The position numbers and the translations under genes are program-made. Of a stretch of DNA of 64,000 nucleotides, positions 63,072 to 64,000 are shown in pieces; the first letter of the stretch is position 1, and each line of letters starts with the position of its first letter. The DNA comes from Lama glama. Taxonomy: Eukaryota. The DNA is taken from positions 24,988,001 through 25,052,000 of the forward strand of contig CM052816.1 of assembly GCA_028534125.1 (NCBI GenBank), in the 5' to 3' direction. The notes below the pieces were generated by a model. It searched no databases and was not told the DNA's origin. It was given only the letters and a program-made list of their open reading frames with translations.

Positions 63072-64000
63072 CTTCTCATTAGAGAACAAGTTTAAAATAG
63101 GAGACGTACCCGATTTTAAAATGATTTCTTCTCTTGAAAGTTATCCTATAGCAGTAAGGAGTGCGTAAAACGAAAGGCTGTACTCACAAGGTGGGTGATC
63201 TCAGTAACCCCAAACCACAACATATGATAAAGAGTTATCAAGTACAGTGAAGATTAAATACAAGTAAGTGGGCATACTTAAGCAGGATATCTGCTCTTTG
63301 CTGTAGAATTTTGACAAAGCCTATAGTAAGTGGCACTATGGTGCAGAGTACTCTTCACTTATTTAAACCAGTGGAAATGTTTTTATGGTCTGCTCGTTGA
63401 TTTTTTTTTTCAACTGGATTTGTCACAAAATCCTGTAATACCAGAGAAAGAGATACCAAAGGGAAAAAGACACTTGCATGCATATTTGCAGGAAGTTAAC
63501 TATGAGTGAAGAAGTACAGACACAGAAGAGGAAGCAATTTTCTGTATAAAACAGGACTTCAAAGCACAAAAACTATATTCCAGAATGAAAATGGGAAAAC
63601 AATGAAAAGCAATGAAATTGAAGTTTATAGAACCAGATTTTTTAAATGGAAGAAAAATGGCTGAAGTAAAGTCTAATTAAAAGTCACTGAAAGAAGATAA
63701 ATTACTGATATGAGACAGAAGCTTGATGGACAGGAAGAGATATGGAAGGAAAAATTTTTTTTAAAGATCAGATAGTTTTTAAAGTCACAAGTCACGTAAC
63801 TTCTCTTATTCCTGATATTGATAAGTAGTGTCTTCTCTCGTTTTTTTTTTCCCTCCTAGCAAGAAGTTATCAGTTCGTTTTCTCAGAGAACCAACTTTTG
63901 GTTTCATTGGTTTCTCTCTAATGTCTTTTTGTTTTTCACTTCTTTGATCTTATCTTGATTTTCTTTTTTCTGTTTGTTTTGAGATTCATTTGCTTTTTTA

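Noticed and set aside
1..64000. CRISPR arrays, operons, rRNA or other prokaryotic systems
   Set aside because: The sequence is mammalian. I saw no regularly spaced repeat-spacer array, gene-dense segment or foreign-composition insert.

Overview
AT-rich, CpG-poor mammalian genomic DNA, most likely from a camelid. The evidence is a TSD-flanked, tRNA-derived Vic-1-type SINE at 60.7 kb and a ~505-bp internally deleted Tigger1 (Tigger1a_Art-like); I saw no Alu, BovB/Bov-A or PRE-1. Roughly half of the window is recognisable interspersed repeat: old and younger L1 pieces, L2, MIR, MER21, MER34 and a CpG-retaining solo LTR, a near-complete MLT1 MaLR provirus with its target-site duplication, and MER94. 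No intact protein-coding gene can be supported; the supplied ORFs are L1 remnants or chance frames. The most notable non-repeat signals are: (1) a phase-compatible chain of splice-site-bounded, stop-interrupted plus-strand segments from 4.8 to 58.3 kb that may be a decayed multi-exon gene I cannot name; (2) a repeat-free regulatory-looking block at 15.6-16.7 kb with HNF4/DR1 and ETS motifs and a possible nested antisense two-exon transcript; (3) a ~61-70 nt near-perfect hairpin at 53.8 kb carrying inverted TCF/LEF sites. Repeat family names come from recalled consensus sequences, not a database search, and old-repeat boundaries are approximate.
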